The position numbers were made by a program, and so were the translations under genes. Below the pieces are notes generated by a model. It saw only the letters and a list, made by a program, of their open reading frames with translations, was not told where the DNA came from and did no database searches. Positions 63,592 to 64,000 of a stretch of DNA of 64,000 nucleotides are shown piece after piece. Source of the stretch: Seison nebaliae (taxonomy: Eukaryota); the NCBI GenBank assembly GCA_023231475.1, contig JALJEE010001766.1, positions 1-64,000 on the forward strand. Reading direction: 5' to 3'. Within the stretch, counting starts at the first letter, position 1; each line of letters begins with the position of its first letter.

Positions 63592-64000
63592 TTAGAAATC
63601 TCCTTCTTCGAATTCTTCTTCGATCATTTTTCTGCTCGACAACTTTCTTTCAGTTGACTTGCCGACCCGTTCGCCGATATATTTGAATGGTGCTGATTTC
63701 GAGTCTTTTCCAAATTGGTTGAAAGCTGTACAAATATATGTTCCTTCGTCATGTTCGTTTCCTCCGATGATTTGTAACCATCCAGTTGCTTCATAATGAT
63801 TGGGTCCTCCTCGAACTAAAGCTGAGACATGATCGTCGTCACCTAGAATGATGGAATGAAAAATGAAATTTGATGGAATATTGAAAATTTACCTGGAAGA
63901 ATAATTGCATTTGGGACTTCATTAATAGAGATGGATTGATCATGAATATCGTTAGTGTAGAACCATTCGATAACTGGAATTGGATTTCCTGTGACTTCAC
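63592..64000 (-). CDS. 3' end of an IGFBP7/Kazald1-like protein (Ig domain); partial
   Basis: EVTGNPIPVIEW...LP|GDDDHVSALVRGGPNHYEATGWLQI...DEGTYICTAFNQFG matches the IGFBP-rP1 Ig-domain pattern. Confidence 0.8.

Noticed and set aside
1..64000. Alternative genetic code, non-GT-AG introns, CRISPR or prokaryotic systems
   Set aside because: TAA, TAG and TGA all end conserved genes; every in-frame stop is explained by a GT-AG intron; no repeat-spacer arrays or bacterial genes were seen

Overview
AT-rich, very compact eukaryotic (metazoan) genomic DNA read in the standard genetic code; no prokaryotic or CRISPR features. Positions 1-7.2 kb are nested LTR-retrotransposon sequence: a near-complete BEL/Pao element (233-5734, minus strand) that shares an LTR with a second tandem copy running off the left edge, inserted into a Ty3/gypsy pol remnant. 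The rest holds about 24 closely packed protein genes (Ski/Sno, Cbl, TFCP2/LSF, ERp44, cyclin Y, isochorismatase-like, SPCS1, a SIM-RING E3, ALG3, importin beta, DUF4773-like, ALMS-motif protein, SLD5, SHMT, OST48, DIM1, VAMP, Arp1, GLRX3-like, DEG/ENaC, IGFBP7/Kazald-like and several orphans) and two tRNA genes. The strongest signal is the splicing code. Of 59 introns I placed by hand (mostly 36-60 nt), 54 start GTT, only about 11 have exonic -1G and only about 16 have +5G, so complementarity to canonical U1 is nearly gone. Other notable items: a tRNA-Ser(AGA) with a textbook intron, an unannotated highly structured candidate ncRNA behind its own CCAAT/TATA promoter (about 56.2-56.5 kb), an operon-like run of six co-oriented genes, and an apparent CDS-CDS overlap of convergent genes. 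The organism cannot be identified from the sequence; a small-genome invertebrate such as a rotifer relative is only a guess.
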